64,000 bases of DNA. Origin: Mobula hypostoma. Its lineage: Eukaryota. The stretch spans positions 69,132,001-69,196,000 of the forward strand of contig NC_086097.1 of assembly GCF_963921235.1 (NCBI RefSeq), read 5' to 3'. A program made the translations under genes and the position numbers. The notes below the pieces were generated by a model. That model made no database searches, was not told where the DNA came from, and worked only from the letters and a program-made list of their open reading frames with translations. Below, in pieces: positions 25,777 to 38,334 of the stretch; position 1 is the stretch's first letter; each line of letters opens with the position of its first letter.

Positions 25777-26218
25777 CCTTTGGTCCCCACCGAACACTCA
25801 GCTCTCATCTGAGGCTCCAAGTAACTGTTTGCATGCGACGGCGGCCACACCCCAGTACGCTGGTACGACTGGCGGGCTGAGCCAGGTGAGGGTAGCTGGC
25901 GGCCTCATACCCCGGTGAGATAGGGGCATGCCTGTCCTAGCCTGCAAAGACAGCTCCGGTGGACTGGGCAGATGAGATCACCATTGAGATCCAGTGGCCA
26001 GGAAGGTGGTTCTACTGTAATTGGGAGAAATGTACATAATTCACAACACAGACATTGAGTTGAGGTTTCACTTTAAGAGGCTGGTCTGACGTGATGACGT
26101 CCTTACGTAAAGAGATTTAGTGTGCTTGTGTGTTTTGGCTTTGGAGTTCAATAAAATGTGTTACGGGTTCCATTAAACATAAAATACCTCACTTCATTTT
26201 ATATACAAAAACCTACAT

Positions 26219-26232
26219 TGGTGACCCTGATG
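26219..26232 (+). promoter_or_regulatory. Primer-binding site, tRNA-Trp-like
   Basis: TGGTGACCCTGATG directly after the 5' LTR, close to the complement of the tRNA-Trp 3' end (TGGTGACCCCGACG). Confidence 0.65.
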
Positions 26233-27234
26233 CTCTAGGACGATTCCAGAGTTATTCAACATGTCGGCCAACACAGTTGTTCTGAAACTTCCGGAGTTTT
26301 GGCAGCAAAGTGCCGTTGTTTGGTTTGTAGAAGCTGAGGTCCAGTTCACTGTGCACGAAATCACCGCCGACAACATCAAATTCTACTACGTGGTAGCATC
26401 GCTCAGCAATTCCATAGCTGTGAGAGTGGCGAGTCTGCTTGAACACCTGGCTGAACATGATAAATACTCATCACTGAAAACTCACCTCTTACAGACTTTT
26501 GAACTATCGGAGTCTGAGCGTGCCAAACAGTTTCTCTCCTTACCTCGACTCAGCGATGTTAGACCTTCAGAGCTAATGGGCCACATGCTGTCCCTCCTGG
26601 GAAATCACCATCCTTGTTTCATTTTTAAAGAGTTCCTTACGCAGCAAATTCCTGATCAAGTTCGTATAGCCCTCACTAATGCACCCAGAGCTTGCTAAAA
26701 TGGCTGACAGTGTACACTCAGCTGGGCAGCGATGCATCATTCCTCCTCTTTTCTCTACCTCAGTAAGTCCGGTCAGCAAGACCCCCAACATAGGAATGCC
26801 CACAACTGCAAAACAAATGACGCCGGACCTGTGCTTTTACCACGCTCGTTTTGGTACAAACACTAGAAATTGCCAACCACCTTGCAGCTTCGACAATGCC
26901 AGCACATCAGGACTTGAGGGGTCTGTGAACACCGTGAGTTCCAGCTGTCGGGGTCATCTGCTGTTCATTATGGACACGCTTTCAGGGTGTCACTTCCTGT
27001 GTGACGCTGGTGCTCAAGTGAGTTCTGCCAGCATCGCCTACTGATGAGAAGGCAAAAAGCAATGAAAACTCGCTGGGGGTTGCCAACAGCAGCAACATCC
27101 AGACTTAAGGGACACACCGAGTGACACTCTGCTTCAGTGGGTGACGTTACTCATGGGACTTTGTTGTGGCTAAAGTGGCTAGACCTCTGCTTGGTGTAGG
27201 TTTCTTGTGTACCCAAGGACTATTAGTGATCTTA

Positions 27235-28602
27235 CAGACATCCCACCCTCCAAAAACTCATTTCCGGGAGGTATCACCACCATTTCAGGGAGGTAGCACA
27301 TCCACCCAACCCCTCCCCTCCCCCCCCCTGGCAACCCCATATCCCCCCCCCCACCCCCGTCGACCTCCAAGGGTGTATCTAACACTTTGTTTAGTGATTT
27401 TGTCTAATCTGTAAACCGTTGGGTATATGCAGCAAATGTGACATTAAAATATATACTTATATTAACATGTTTATTCTATTACAACTTTAAGCAAGTCTAC
27501 AGGGAGTTTGGCCTCATTACGTAGGACATCAATAGCGTAGCTCCTTAGCAGCTAGCCAGCTAGTTTAAATAACTTTAGCTATGCTGTAATGCCACCTGTT
27601 AAACTCACCCCAACATATCTTTTACATTTTAACCCACCACGGGCAATAGAAAAGTCACTGTTACAAACGGTGCAGTGAGCAACACTGTCATTATTTTTGA
27701 GGTCAACTGTAAAGCCCGCCCACAGAGAAAACTGATAGGTCTACTTAGCAGAGGTCCCCAACAGTTTTTGCACCACAGACTGGTTTAATATTGACAATAT
27801 TCTTGCGGACCGGCCGACCGGGGGGCTGGGGGGGGTGGGGGAGGCGGGAGGTGTTCATCACAACCGGAATATAGGTGATGTCAATAGCATCATAACATTT
27901 TAAGTAACGTTTGGATATTAAACACACAGCACATATTTTCCCCGTATGAACATATAAAATCATTGCAACACACCAATATCGCTGAATCACTGGGAGCCCT
28001 GGGCTTGTTTTCCAGCAACAAGACGGTCCCATCGAGGGATGAGGGGAGACAGTGATACTCGAAGGGGGTTCCTTATGTCCAGTCTATTCCGCAATTTAGT
28101 TTTCATTGCATTCATTGCAGAAAACTCCGCTTCGCAGAGATATGATGTTGGAAATGGAAGCTACGTTTTCAATGCTTTCGTGGCAATCTCAGGATATTCA
28201 GCATTGACTTTGATCCAGAATGCCGGCAGAGATGTTATGTCAAACATACTTTTCAGCCCACCGTCATTTGCAAGCTCGAGGAATTGATCTTTTTCCCACG
28301 CTGACATGGATGACACGTGGGTAATGACCTCGCGTGTGTTCAAGTTCAACAGGGCGTGACAGCGAATGAGGAAAGGTGCAAATGACTCATATCGTTTCAT
28401 ATCGCCAAATCATATTGTTTCCTCATGGCCCGGTGATTGGAGACCACTCTTAGCAAGAAGAGAGACCAATCAGGATGCTAGCTTTCCCTCTCCCTCTCAA
28501 AAAAATCTATTTCCGGGATATTGTATATAACTTCCGGGTGTCAGGGAGCCACTATCGATATGCGGGAGACTCCCGGATCTTCCGGGAGAGATGGGATGTC
28601 TG
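27235..28602. mobile_element. Non-autonomous DNA transposon with 6-bp TSD
   Basis: ITR cagacatccca...tgggatgtctg; exact flanking duplication atctta at 27229-27234 and 28603-28608; subterminal ccgggag repeats. Confidence 0.8.
27749..28448 (-). mobile_element. hAT-Charlie/Buster deletion derivative
   Basis: ITR cagaggtccccaac / gattggagaccact; hAT dimerization domain FWIKVNAEYPEIATKALKT*LPFPTSYLCEAEFS; partial TSD cttag. Confidence 0.85.
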
Positions 28603-31319
28603 ATCTTATGAACTGCTGGCCTGTGGACGTAAAGGACTTTGAGTCATTACCCTGCTCCCAGTAAGTTCCCCACAACAACTCTGTCAAGTGCATGCACCAC
28701 CACACGTGAGTTTACTCGACTGCTGGGCGAATTCCCAGACCTCACCAAGCCCACATTCTCCACTACAGTCACAAAACATGGGATTGAGCACCACATTCCC
28801 ACAACGGGCCCGCCAGTCCAAGCTCGTGCGTGTAGACTGGACCAATAAAAGCTGGCAACTGCGAAGGCTGAGCTTGCAAACATGGAAGGACTCGGATTTG
28901 TACACCGGCTGAATAGCCCCTGGGCTTTGCCCCTCCATGTGGTCTCTATGTCCGATGGCGGCTGCTGCCCATGTGGTGATTACCCTCACCTTAACGAGGC
29001 CACCATCCTGATCGTTACCCAATCCCGCACATCCAAGGCTTCTCGGCAAGTTTAGCCGGAAAGTTAATTTTTTTCTAAAGTCAGTCTAATTAGGGACTAC
29101 CATCGGGTGTCTGTGTGCTAAGAGGACATTCCCAAAACAGTTGTGATAACCCTGTTTGGCCTTTGAGTTTCTGCACATGTCGTTTGGACTGAAAAATGCA
29201 GCACAGACCTTTTAGCGGCTGATGGACTCTGTATTAAAATACTTAGATTTTCCTTTTGTTTACCTGGATGACATACTTGTTGCCAGTTCGTCCAAATCTG
29301 AACACGTATCACACCTGCGCACACTTTTCAAGTGCTTAAGCCAACAGGGGTTGATTATTAACCCTGCTAAATAGCCCGTTTGGGTTGTCAGTCGTTGACT
29401 TTCTCAGCCACCGTATCTCCACAGAAGGTGCGAGAAACATCCCTCAGAAGTAGCCGCTATTATCGATTTCCCACTGCCCCGCACTACAAAAATCTACAGG
29501 AGTTTTTAGGTATGGTAAATTTCAATCACCGCTTCTTTCCGCGAGCTGCTGAACTTATGCTCCCCCTGTATAGTGAGCTTAAAGGCAATACCCCTAATCA
29601 CATGCTTGACTGGCCAGCGGACATGACCAGAGCATCTGATGATACTAAATGAGCGTGCAGCGGCCGCTTGCCTTCTTCAGCCGGCAGCTCTGTCCCCGTG
29701 AAAGGTAGTACAGCATATTTGACCGTGAGCTTCTCGGCCTCTATCTGGCTGTCCACCATTATCGTTTTCTTCCAGAGGGTCTCCATTTCACAGTGTTTGT
29801 TGACCATAAACCCCTCGTGCACGAGATGTCCAAAGTATCAGACTTTTGGTCTGCTTGGCAGCAATTCCGCCTGGCCTATGTATCTGAATTCACAACTGAT
29901 ACACAACATATCAAGGGGAAAAATAATGCTGTGGTTGATTGCCTCTCATGGCCAGCCACTGAGGCCATACACATAGGGACTGACTATACCAGCATGGCAG
30001 CCGACCAAGTTACTGACCCAGAGATCCAGGCTTACCGAACATCAGTCACGAGCCTGTGGTTGGCTGACATTAAATTCAGGGAAGCTGGGTATTCTCTCCT
30101 GTGCAACTTCTCAACCAGTCCCCCTCACTCCGTCGTGCCCGCAAACTGGAGATGGACTGTTTTGACTCCATGCGTGGCCTCTCACATTCGCGCCAGAAGG
30201 CCTCGCAGAAATTGGTTTCACTGAAGTTTATGTGGCCTCAGAAAGGACGTACATGATTGGACTGCAACCTGCGTGGAGTGGCAGCAGGAAAAATTATTCA
30301 GGCACCATCGGCGCCTTTTGAGATCCCTGAGTGATGGTTTCACTATGTCAATGTGGACCTTGATGGTCCTCTTCTCCGCTCCCCGCCCCCCTGCAATTCA
30401 CACACCTTCTTACCATGGTGGACCGTACCGCCAAGTGGACAGAGTCACCCACTAGCCACGACGATGGCCACAGATGTGGCTCGAGCATTCATCAGCACCT
30501 GAGTTGCTTGGTTTGACACCACATTTGGCATTTCCTCTGACTGCGGTCCCCAATTCATATCAGACCTCTAGACTGTGATGTCCCAGAACCCTGGTGTTAG
30601 GATATATCACTCATAGCCAATGGCCGATGTGAATGGTTTCACCACTACTCAAAGGCTGCTCTGAAGGCTTCCCTGATGGATGAGTGTTGACATGATCATC
30701 TCTTGTGGGTCCTGCTGGGGCTCAGAACAGCTCCAAAAGAGGACCTGCAGTCATCCATTTCACAGTTGGTATACAGGCAGCCATTACGAGTGCGAGGTGA
30801 TTTCATTCCTGATCTGACGACCACCTGGTCGGCTTCTCAGTAGCGTTCCACCCTCCCCAATAAATTAAATTCCTTATCACCCATTCCTACCTCCGATCAT
30901 GCCTACAGCACTATTGGGTTCCTGTGGATCTACATTCCACCCCGTTTGTTTTCGTCTGCCATGATGCACACCGATACTCCCTTAGGCCCCCTTACGATGG
31001 CCTGTTCCGCATTTTGGGATGGGGAGAAAAGACCTTTATCATAGATAAGAGGGGTAAACCTGAATGTGTTTCGGTAGATCACCTTAAACCGGTCCACCAA
31101 GATTTGGAGTATTCTGCTGCCACGCCCCGGCATCACAACACACCTCCGGACGAGCCAGAGGCACCTGCTGTTCCCCACCCATGAAACACAGGTTCCAAGC
31201 TGAGCGGCTTGTCCAAGCTCCAGACAGGCTCAAAATGCCAGCTTTAGTGAATTCTGCGGCGGGGGGTGGGGGTGCCTGCGTAAGATAACATAATTGGGAG
31301 AAATGTACATAATTCACAA

Positions 31320-32038
31320 CCATGAGGAAATCTGCAGATGCTGGAAATTCAAGCAACACACGCAAAATGCTGGTGGAACACAGCAGGACAGACAGCATCT
31401 ATAGGAAGAGGCACAGTTTTTCGTTTTGGGCTGAGACCCTTCGTCAGGACTAACAGATAAAAGAGATAGTAAGAGACTTGAAAGTGGGAGGGGGAGGGGG
31501 AGACCCGAAATGATAGGAGAAGTCAGGAGGGGGAGGGATGAAGCCAAGAGCTGGGAAGTTGATTGGCAAAGGGGATATAAGGCTTGAGAAGGGGGTGTAT
31601 CATGGGACGGAAGGCCTTGGAAGAATGAAGGGGCGAGGGGAGCACCAGAGGAAGATGGAGAAAAGGCAAGGAGTTATTGTGAGAGGGAAAGAGAGAAGAA
31701 TAAATAAATACGTACATACATAGCTAAATAAATAAATAAATAAATAAATAGGGATGGGGTAAGAAGAGGAGGAGGGGTATCAGCGGAAGTTAGAAATCAA
31801 TGTTATGCCATCAGGTTGGAGGCTACCCAAATGGAATATAAGGTGTTGTTCCTCCGACGTGAGAGTGGCTTCATCTCAACAGTAGAGGAGGCCGTGGATA
31901 GACATATCAGAATGGGAATGGGACGTGGAATTAAAATGTGTGGCCACTGGGAGATCCTGCCTCCTCTGGCGGACAGAGCGTAGGTGTTCAGTGAAGCGGT
32001 CTCCCAGTCTGCATCGGGTCTCACCAATATATAGAAGG
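31320..32038 (-). mobile_element. Penelope-like fragment inserted in the Gypsy 3' LTR
   Basis: Homologous to 5015-5714; flanking duplication attcacaa at 31312-31319 and 32039-32046. Confidence 0.8.
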
Positions 32039-32479
32039 ATTCACAATCACCAACATTGAGTTGGGGATTCACTTTAAGAGGCTGGTCTAACATGATCACA
32101 TTAATACATAAACAGGTTTAGCCTGTTTGTGTGCTTGGGTTTTGGAATTCAATAAAATGTGTTATGGGTTTCTTTAAACGTATAACGCCTTACTTCATTT
32201 TATTTGTGAAAACGTACACTGCAAGGATTCGTGGAGAGTGAAGGGCATGACAAGGCACAGAAGAAGTCATGGCCATCCACTGCAACCAAAGAAGACCCCG
32301 CTTTGTGGCGACCGTTCACACCACTGGAACCGGACTTCCAAGGTGAAGAGAGTGGAACTGCCCCAGTGCAAAGGCTTTTCCACCTTAAAAACTCTCACAC
32401 AGGTCCTCTGTCTTTGTCAGATACAACAGACAACCAATCATGTTCAGAGACAAATGTGGCAGAGGCATAGAGTTGGAAA

Positions 32480-32877
32480 GGTGCATTCGCTGGCATTACA
32501 CTCAATGCCAGAGACACCTCTTTCTCCCTTATTAGGGAGAGAGAGAGCCTGTGGTATGTCGAATACCGGGTGAACGAGTAGTCTTTGGGGTACTGCAGGT
32601 CTGTGTCTTTGCTGTTGCCTTGCTGCACGCTTGAGTGTTCGGTGTTGGGTGCCGATGGTTTTTTTTGCTGGTGGGGGAGGGAGGATCGTTGTTTTGCTGC
32701 TGCTTACGCATGGGAGGGGGGAGCTGGGGGGGGGACTTTGGGGTTCTAACATATAACTGTCATTCATTCTTTGGGGGCACTCCTCTGTTTTTGTGGATGG
32801 TTGCAAAGAAAAAGCATTTCAGGATGTATATTGCATACATTTCTCTGACATTAAATGTACCTTTGAAACTTTTGAAT
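32480..32877 (+). mobile_element. SINE-like repeat, same family as 25277-25776
   Basis: Shared ccttatta.ggagagagagagcctg and atttctctgacattaaatgtacc segments. Confidence 0.72.
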
Positions 32878-34969
32878 TGTTCCAGTAAGACGGTGCTCCA
32901 TCATTGGACAATGTGGAGGAGGTGACAAAGAATGACAGATGCAGTTATAAAGTCTTACAGCTCAAAAACAGGCCCTTCTGCCCACCAATACTGTCCTGAC
33001 CACCAGCCCTACCCCTGTCCCCTTTAAACTTTTCTCACACAAATCTAACTGCCGGTATCAGACAGCTCAGTATACAACTCAGCACCTACCTGTACTCACC
33101 TGAGAATGAATGAATGAATGCAGACAACCATTTTGACATCAGAAGCCACAGGTAGCTTGATTTGGCCCAATTCTGGCCTTGTTGGTTTCTGAGCCTGCAA
33201 TGCTGGTTTTTATGCCGGGAGTCCCTAAAATGGTCCCTGTGTCTGCAATGTGTATTGTTTCTGTTGATAATTAACTTTACTGGTGTTAACCAAAAATGAA
33301 ATGAAAATTGTGGAAACTACATTCCCTACAATATGCTTAATGTCTATGCTTGAAACAGCAGAACACTATCCCAGTGAAGATAAATGACTATTGTTGGCTG
33401 ACATAAATAAGCTCAGAAAATTTGCTGATTCCAAAACCCAACACTATGTTCACACATAAACTTCTATCATTCCACCAAACTTTTGTTGTAAGACAAAATG
33501 AGCCAAATTAGGCCATTCGGCCCATTGAGTCTGCCCCACCTTTCCGTCATGGCTGATTTACTATCCCTTTCAACCCCATTCTCCCAACTTCTCCCTGTAA
33601 TCTTTGATGTCATCAATAATCAAGAACCTATAAACGTAACCAATGACTTGGCCTCCAGAGCAATAAATTCCACTGATTCACTGCCCTTTAGCTAAAGAAA
33701 TTCCTCCTCATCTCTGTTCTACAGGTACATTCCTTCATTCTGAGGCTGTGCCTCTAGTCCAAGACTCCCCCACCATCCTCTCCACATTCACTCTGTCTAG
33801 GCCTTTCAATTCAACACGTATCAATGAGATTCCCCTTCATTCTTCTAAACTACAATGAATACAGGCCTAGAGCTATCAAATGCTTCTCATATGTTAACCT
33901 TTTCATTTGTGGAATCATTCTTGTGAACCTTCTCTGTACCCTCCCCAATGCCAGCACATCTTTTCTTAGATAAGGGGCCCAAAATTGCTCACAATACTTC
34001 AAGTGAAGTCTGACAAATGCCTTATAAAACCTCAGCATTACATCCTTGCTTTTATATTCAAATCCTCCAAAAATGAATCCTAACATTGCACTTGCCTTCC
34101 TTAGCACCAACTCAACCTGCAAGTTAACCTTTAGGGAATCCTACATAAGGACTCCCAAGTCCCTTTGCACATCTGATTTTTGAATTTTCTATCCACTTAG
34201 AAAATAGTCTACACCATTATTCCTCCTACCAAAATGTATTAACATATCCTTCTCTGCACTATATTCCATCTGTTACCTCTTTGCCCATTCCCCCAGTTTG
34301 TCTGAGTCCTTCCTCAGACACCCTGCTTCCTCAACACTACCCACCCCTCCACCTTTCTTCATATCATCCACAAACTTGGCCACAAAGCCATCAATTCTGT
34401 TACCAAAGCACTGACATACAATGTGAAAAGAAGCAGTCCTAACACCAGCCCTTGCAGAATGCCACTAGTCACCAGCAGCCAACCAGAAAAGGCTCCCTTT
34501 ATTTCCACTCTGCCTTCTGTCAGTCAGCCATTCTTCTATCTATGCTAGTATCTTTCTTGTAATATTACGGGCTCTTATTTTGTTTAGCAGCCTTATGTGT
34601 GGCACCTTCTCAAAAGCCTTTTGAAAATCCAAGTAAGCAATATCCACTGACTCTCCTTTGTCTCTCTTGCCTGGTATTTCCTCAAACAATACCAACAGAT
34701 CTGGCAGGCAAGATTTCCTCTTATGGAAACCATGCTGACTTTGGCCTATTTTATCATACATCTCCAAGTATCCCGAGACATCATCCTTAATAATGGACTC
34801 CAACACCTTCCCAACCACTAAAGTCAAGAAAACTGGCCTAGAATTTCGTCTTTTACCTCCCTCTCTTCTTAAAGAGTGGAGTGACATTAGTAATGTTCCA
34901 GTCCCCCAGAACCATTCCAGAACCTAATGATTCTTGAAAGATCACTAATACTGCCACTTCAGGCAAAAT

Positions 34970-35032
34970 TACTGTGCAAAATTCTTAGGCACATATATGC
35001 TGTATACTGTAGCTAAGACTTTTGCACAGTAC
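34970..35032. mobile_element. Palindromic Tc1-type MITE (left copy)
   Basis: tactgtgcaaaattcttag...ctaagacttttgcacagta inverted arms. Confidence 0.75.
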
Positions 35033-36268
35033 CGGAGTAATTGTGTGTATTGCACTATCCTAATGCCGCAAAGAAGAACTAATTTCATAACATATGATGA
35101 TTAACCTGATTCTGATATGGGTCTTTATTGTGGACTGAGAGGGTAATCATGGTTGAGAAAAGAGGAAGGGAGTGAGAAGCACCAGACAGACATTCTGTAA
35201 TGGCCAATAAACCAGTTGTTTTGAATCGAATGACCTTGCCTGGTGTCCCAGGGCTGGGTGTGTCTGCATCCACTCCACCACCACCCCCCTCCCCCCACCA
35301 TCCCGGCACTCCTTCACTGTCACCTGTCCCACACCTCTCCCGTGGTGCTTCACCCTTACCATTTCCAACATCCTATACTCCTGCCAGATTTACAAACTTT
35401 CCGCTCCACATTGTCAAATACAGTACTGTGCAAAAGTCTTAGGCACCCCAGCTATATATAGTGGCATGCAAAAGTTTGGGTACCCCGGTCAAAATTTCTG
35501 TTACTGTGAATAGCTAAGCAAGTAAAAGATTAACTGATTTCCAAAAGGCATAAAGTTAAAGATGACACATTTCTTCAATATTTTAAGCAAGATTACTTTT
35601 TTATTTCCATCTTTTACCATTTCAAAATAACAAAAAAGGAAAAGGGCCTGAAGCAAAAGTTTGGGCACCCTGCATGGTCAGTACTTAGTAACACCCCCTT
35701 TGGCAAGTATCACAGCTTGTAAACGCTTTCTGTAGCCAGCTAAGAGTCTTTCAATTCTTGTTTGGGGGATTTTCACCCATTCTTCCTTGCAAAAGGCTTC
35801 TAGTTCTGTGAGATTCTTGGGTCGTATTGCATGCACTGCTCTTTTGAGGTCTATCCACATATTTTCAATAATGTTTAGGTCGGGACTGTGAGGGTCATGG
35901 CAAAACCTTCAGTTTGCACCTCTTGAGGTAGTCCATTGTAGATTTTGAGGTGTGTTTAGGTTCATTATCCTGTTGCAGAAGCCATCCTCTTTTCATCTTC
36001 AGCTTTTTTACAGACAGTGTGATGTTTGCTTCCAGAATTTGCTGGTATTTAATTGAATCCATTCTTCCCTCCACTAGTAAATGTTCCCCGTGCCACTGGC
36101 TGCAACACAAGCCCAAAGCATGATCGATCTACCCCCGTGCTTAACAGTTGGAGAGGTTTTCTTTTCATGAAGTTCTGCACCCTTTTTTCTCCAAACATAC
36201 CTTTGCTCATTGCAAAGTTCTATTTTAAAAGTTCTATTTTAACTTCATCAGTCCACAGGACTGGTTTC

Positions 36269-38334
36269 TGTCACAACGGGGTGCTGGGAACGGGCCCAAA
36301 TGAGAGACACAGACACCGAAGTACAAGGAACAGGACTTGACTGGAGTAGGGACGTGACAGGATACAGGCAAGGAGCAGGGACAAGAACGCAGACTTGGGC
36401 TAGGGAAAGTGGGACCAGGACTAGGAACCATGGACTAGGAGACAAGGCATCGACTCCAAGCCCGAGACTGAACAAGAACCCAGAACCTGGGTCTTCCCTC
36501 AGGCTCAGACCCCAGAACCAGGCAAGGACATAACAGAACTTCAGGACAGGATGTAACTGGGGCCTAGAGGCCTGAGCTTGGAGACAGGCTGGGGTCTTGG
36601 GTCTTGAGCTTGGCTGCAGGATCTTCAAGGCTTGGGTTTGGGGAGCTTGGCTGCGGGATCTTCGAGGCTTGGGTTCTTGGAGTTTGGCTGCGGGATCTTC
36701 GAGGCTTGGGTTCTTGGAGCTTGGCTGCGGGATCTTCGAGGCTTGGGTTCTTGGAGCTTGGCTGCGGGATCTTCGAGGCTTGGGTTCTTGGAGCTTGGCT
36801 GCGGGATCTTCGAGGCTTGGGTTCTTGGAGCTTGGCTGCGGGATCTTCGAGGCTTGGGTTCTTGGAGCTTGGCTGCGGGATCTTCGAGGCTTGGGTTCTT
36901 GGAGCTTGGCTGCGGGATCTTCGAGGCTTGGGTTCTTGGAGCTTGGCTGCGGGATCTTCGAGGCTTGGGTTCTTGGAGCTTGGCTGCGGGATCTTCGAGG
37001 CTTGGGTTCTTGGAGCTTGGCTGCGGGATCTTCGAGGCTTGGGTTCTTGGAGCTTGGCTGCGGGATCTTCGAGGCTTGGGTTCTTGGAGTTTGGCTGCGG
37101 GATCTTCGAGGCTTGGGTTCTTGGAGCTTGGCTGCGGGATCTTCGAGGCTTGGGTTCTTGGAGCTTGGCTGCGGGATCTTCGAGGCTTGGGTTCTTGGAG
37201 CTTGGCTGCGGGATCTTCGAGGCTTGGGTTCTTGGAGCTTGGCTGCGGGATCTTCGAGGCTTGGGTTCTTGGAGCTTGGCTGCGGGATCTTCGAGGCTTG
37301 GGTTCTTGGAGCTTGGCTGCGGGATCTTCGAGGCTTGGGTTCTTGGAGCTTGGCTGCGGGATCTTCGAGGCTTGGGTTCTTGGAGCTTGGCTGCGGGATC
37401 TTCGAGGCTTGGGTTCTTGGAGCTTGGCTGCGGGATCTTCGAGGTTTGGGTTCTTGGAGCTTGGCTGCGGGATCTTCGAGGCTTGGGTTCTTGGAGCTCA
37501 GAGACAGACTGGGAACCGAACATCAACATAGAGCTGGGACTTATCCTTCGACAAGCCGGGACTCATCTTTAACACGGCACTAACATGGGACAGGACAGAA
37601 CATAGACATAGAGCCGGGACTTATCCTAAGACAAACCAGGATTCAACTTCATTTCCACACCAAGGTGAGACAGGTCCCTCCATCAGGTAACGGCAGAACG
37701 GCCGGACTAACCCAACAGAGGCGAGGGCAAGACAAGACAGAACCCCCCACAGGGCAACAGTAAAACGGCCTGACTTACCCCACGGAGGCGAGGACAAGAC
37801 AAGACAGATCCCCCAACAGGGCAAAAGCAAAACGGCCTGGCTTACCCCACGGAGGCGAGGACAAGAAGAGACAAACACCAAAGAACGACTGACAGTTCCA
37901 TCTCTGCTCCGGGGAAGCTCCGAGTCTCAGTTCAGCCAGCAACCTCAGCTGGCTACAGAAACAGCCAGATCCCTACTTAGCTCAGAGTGGCTGGCAGCCA
38001 CTCAGCTGGCCCAGGAAACAGCCAAATCCATACCGCAAAGACAGCTCCGACTACCGACAGCAAGTCTCCATGAAGCGATGGTTCTCCAACACAGCCTAAA
38101 GATGACAAGTGGCCGCTATAGCCTTCCACCGGCAGGTTACTCCCAGAGGAACTGACGAGACAAACCAGCAGCCCACACTCAACCCCAAGGCTAATTATAT
38201 TCCAAGCCCCAAGATGGGAATCAGGTGCCTCTGCTTAACTCAATCAAACGAGGGACAGTTGGAAGACCTGGAGTCCTGAGTCCACGGACCGGACCGTGAA
38301 CCAGAATGTGGACTTCATGGACCAGACCATGACA
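36269..38334. mobile_element. Large solo-LTR-like insert (about 2.07 kb)
   Basis: TGTCA...TGACA termini; exact 5-bp TSD gtttc at 36264-36268 and 38335-38339; no recognisable coding domain. Confidence 0.8.
36606..37498. repeat. 37-bp minisatellite, about 24 near-identical copies
   Basis: Unit gagcttggctgcgggatcttcgaggcttgggttcttg, arranged head to tail with no spacers. Confidence 0.97.

Larger units (their letters stand above)
26016..32218 (+). mobile_element. Gypsy/Ty3 LTR retrotransposon, decayed, both LTRs present
   Basis: 5' LTR 26016-26217 (TGTAA...TACA); 3' LTR about 31289-32218, split by Penelope; flanks ctac/ctgc; G-rich PPT at about 31256-31272. gag LKLPEFW..WFVEAEVQF, protease FLCDAGAQVS, RT YLDDILVAS, RNase H DHKPL, then integrase (Gypsy order). 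Confidence 0.9.
25232..32440 (+). mobile_element. Probable RTE-related non-autonomous element acting as host (pieces 25232-25276, 25777-26015, 32219-32440)
   Basis: The pieces read contiguously once inserts are removed; ccttaaaaac motif and a gtcagatacaac tail resembling RTE-family ends. Family assignment is inferred. Confidence 0.35.

Noticed and set aside
36606..37498. CRISPR-like array (37-bp repeat)
   Set aside because: Units are head to tail with no unique spacers, there are no cas genes, and the context is a eukaryotic TE.
36564..37583. Four ORFs of 299-328 aa
   Set aside because: They are by-products of a stop-free minisatellite unit, open on both strands, with no domain content.
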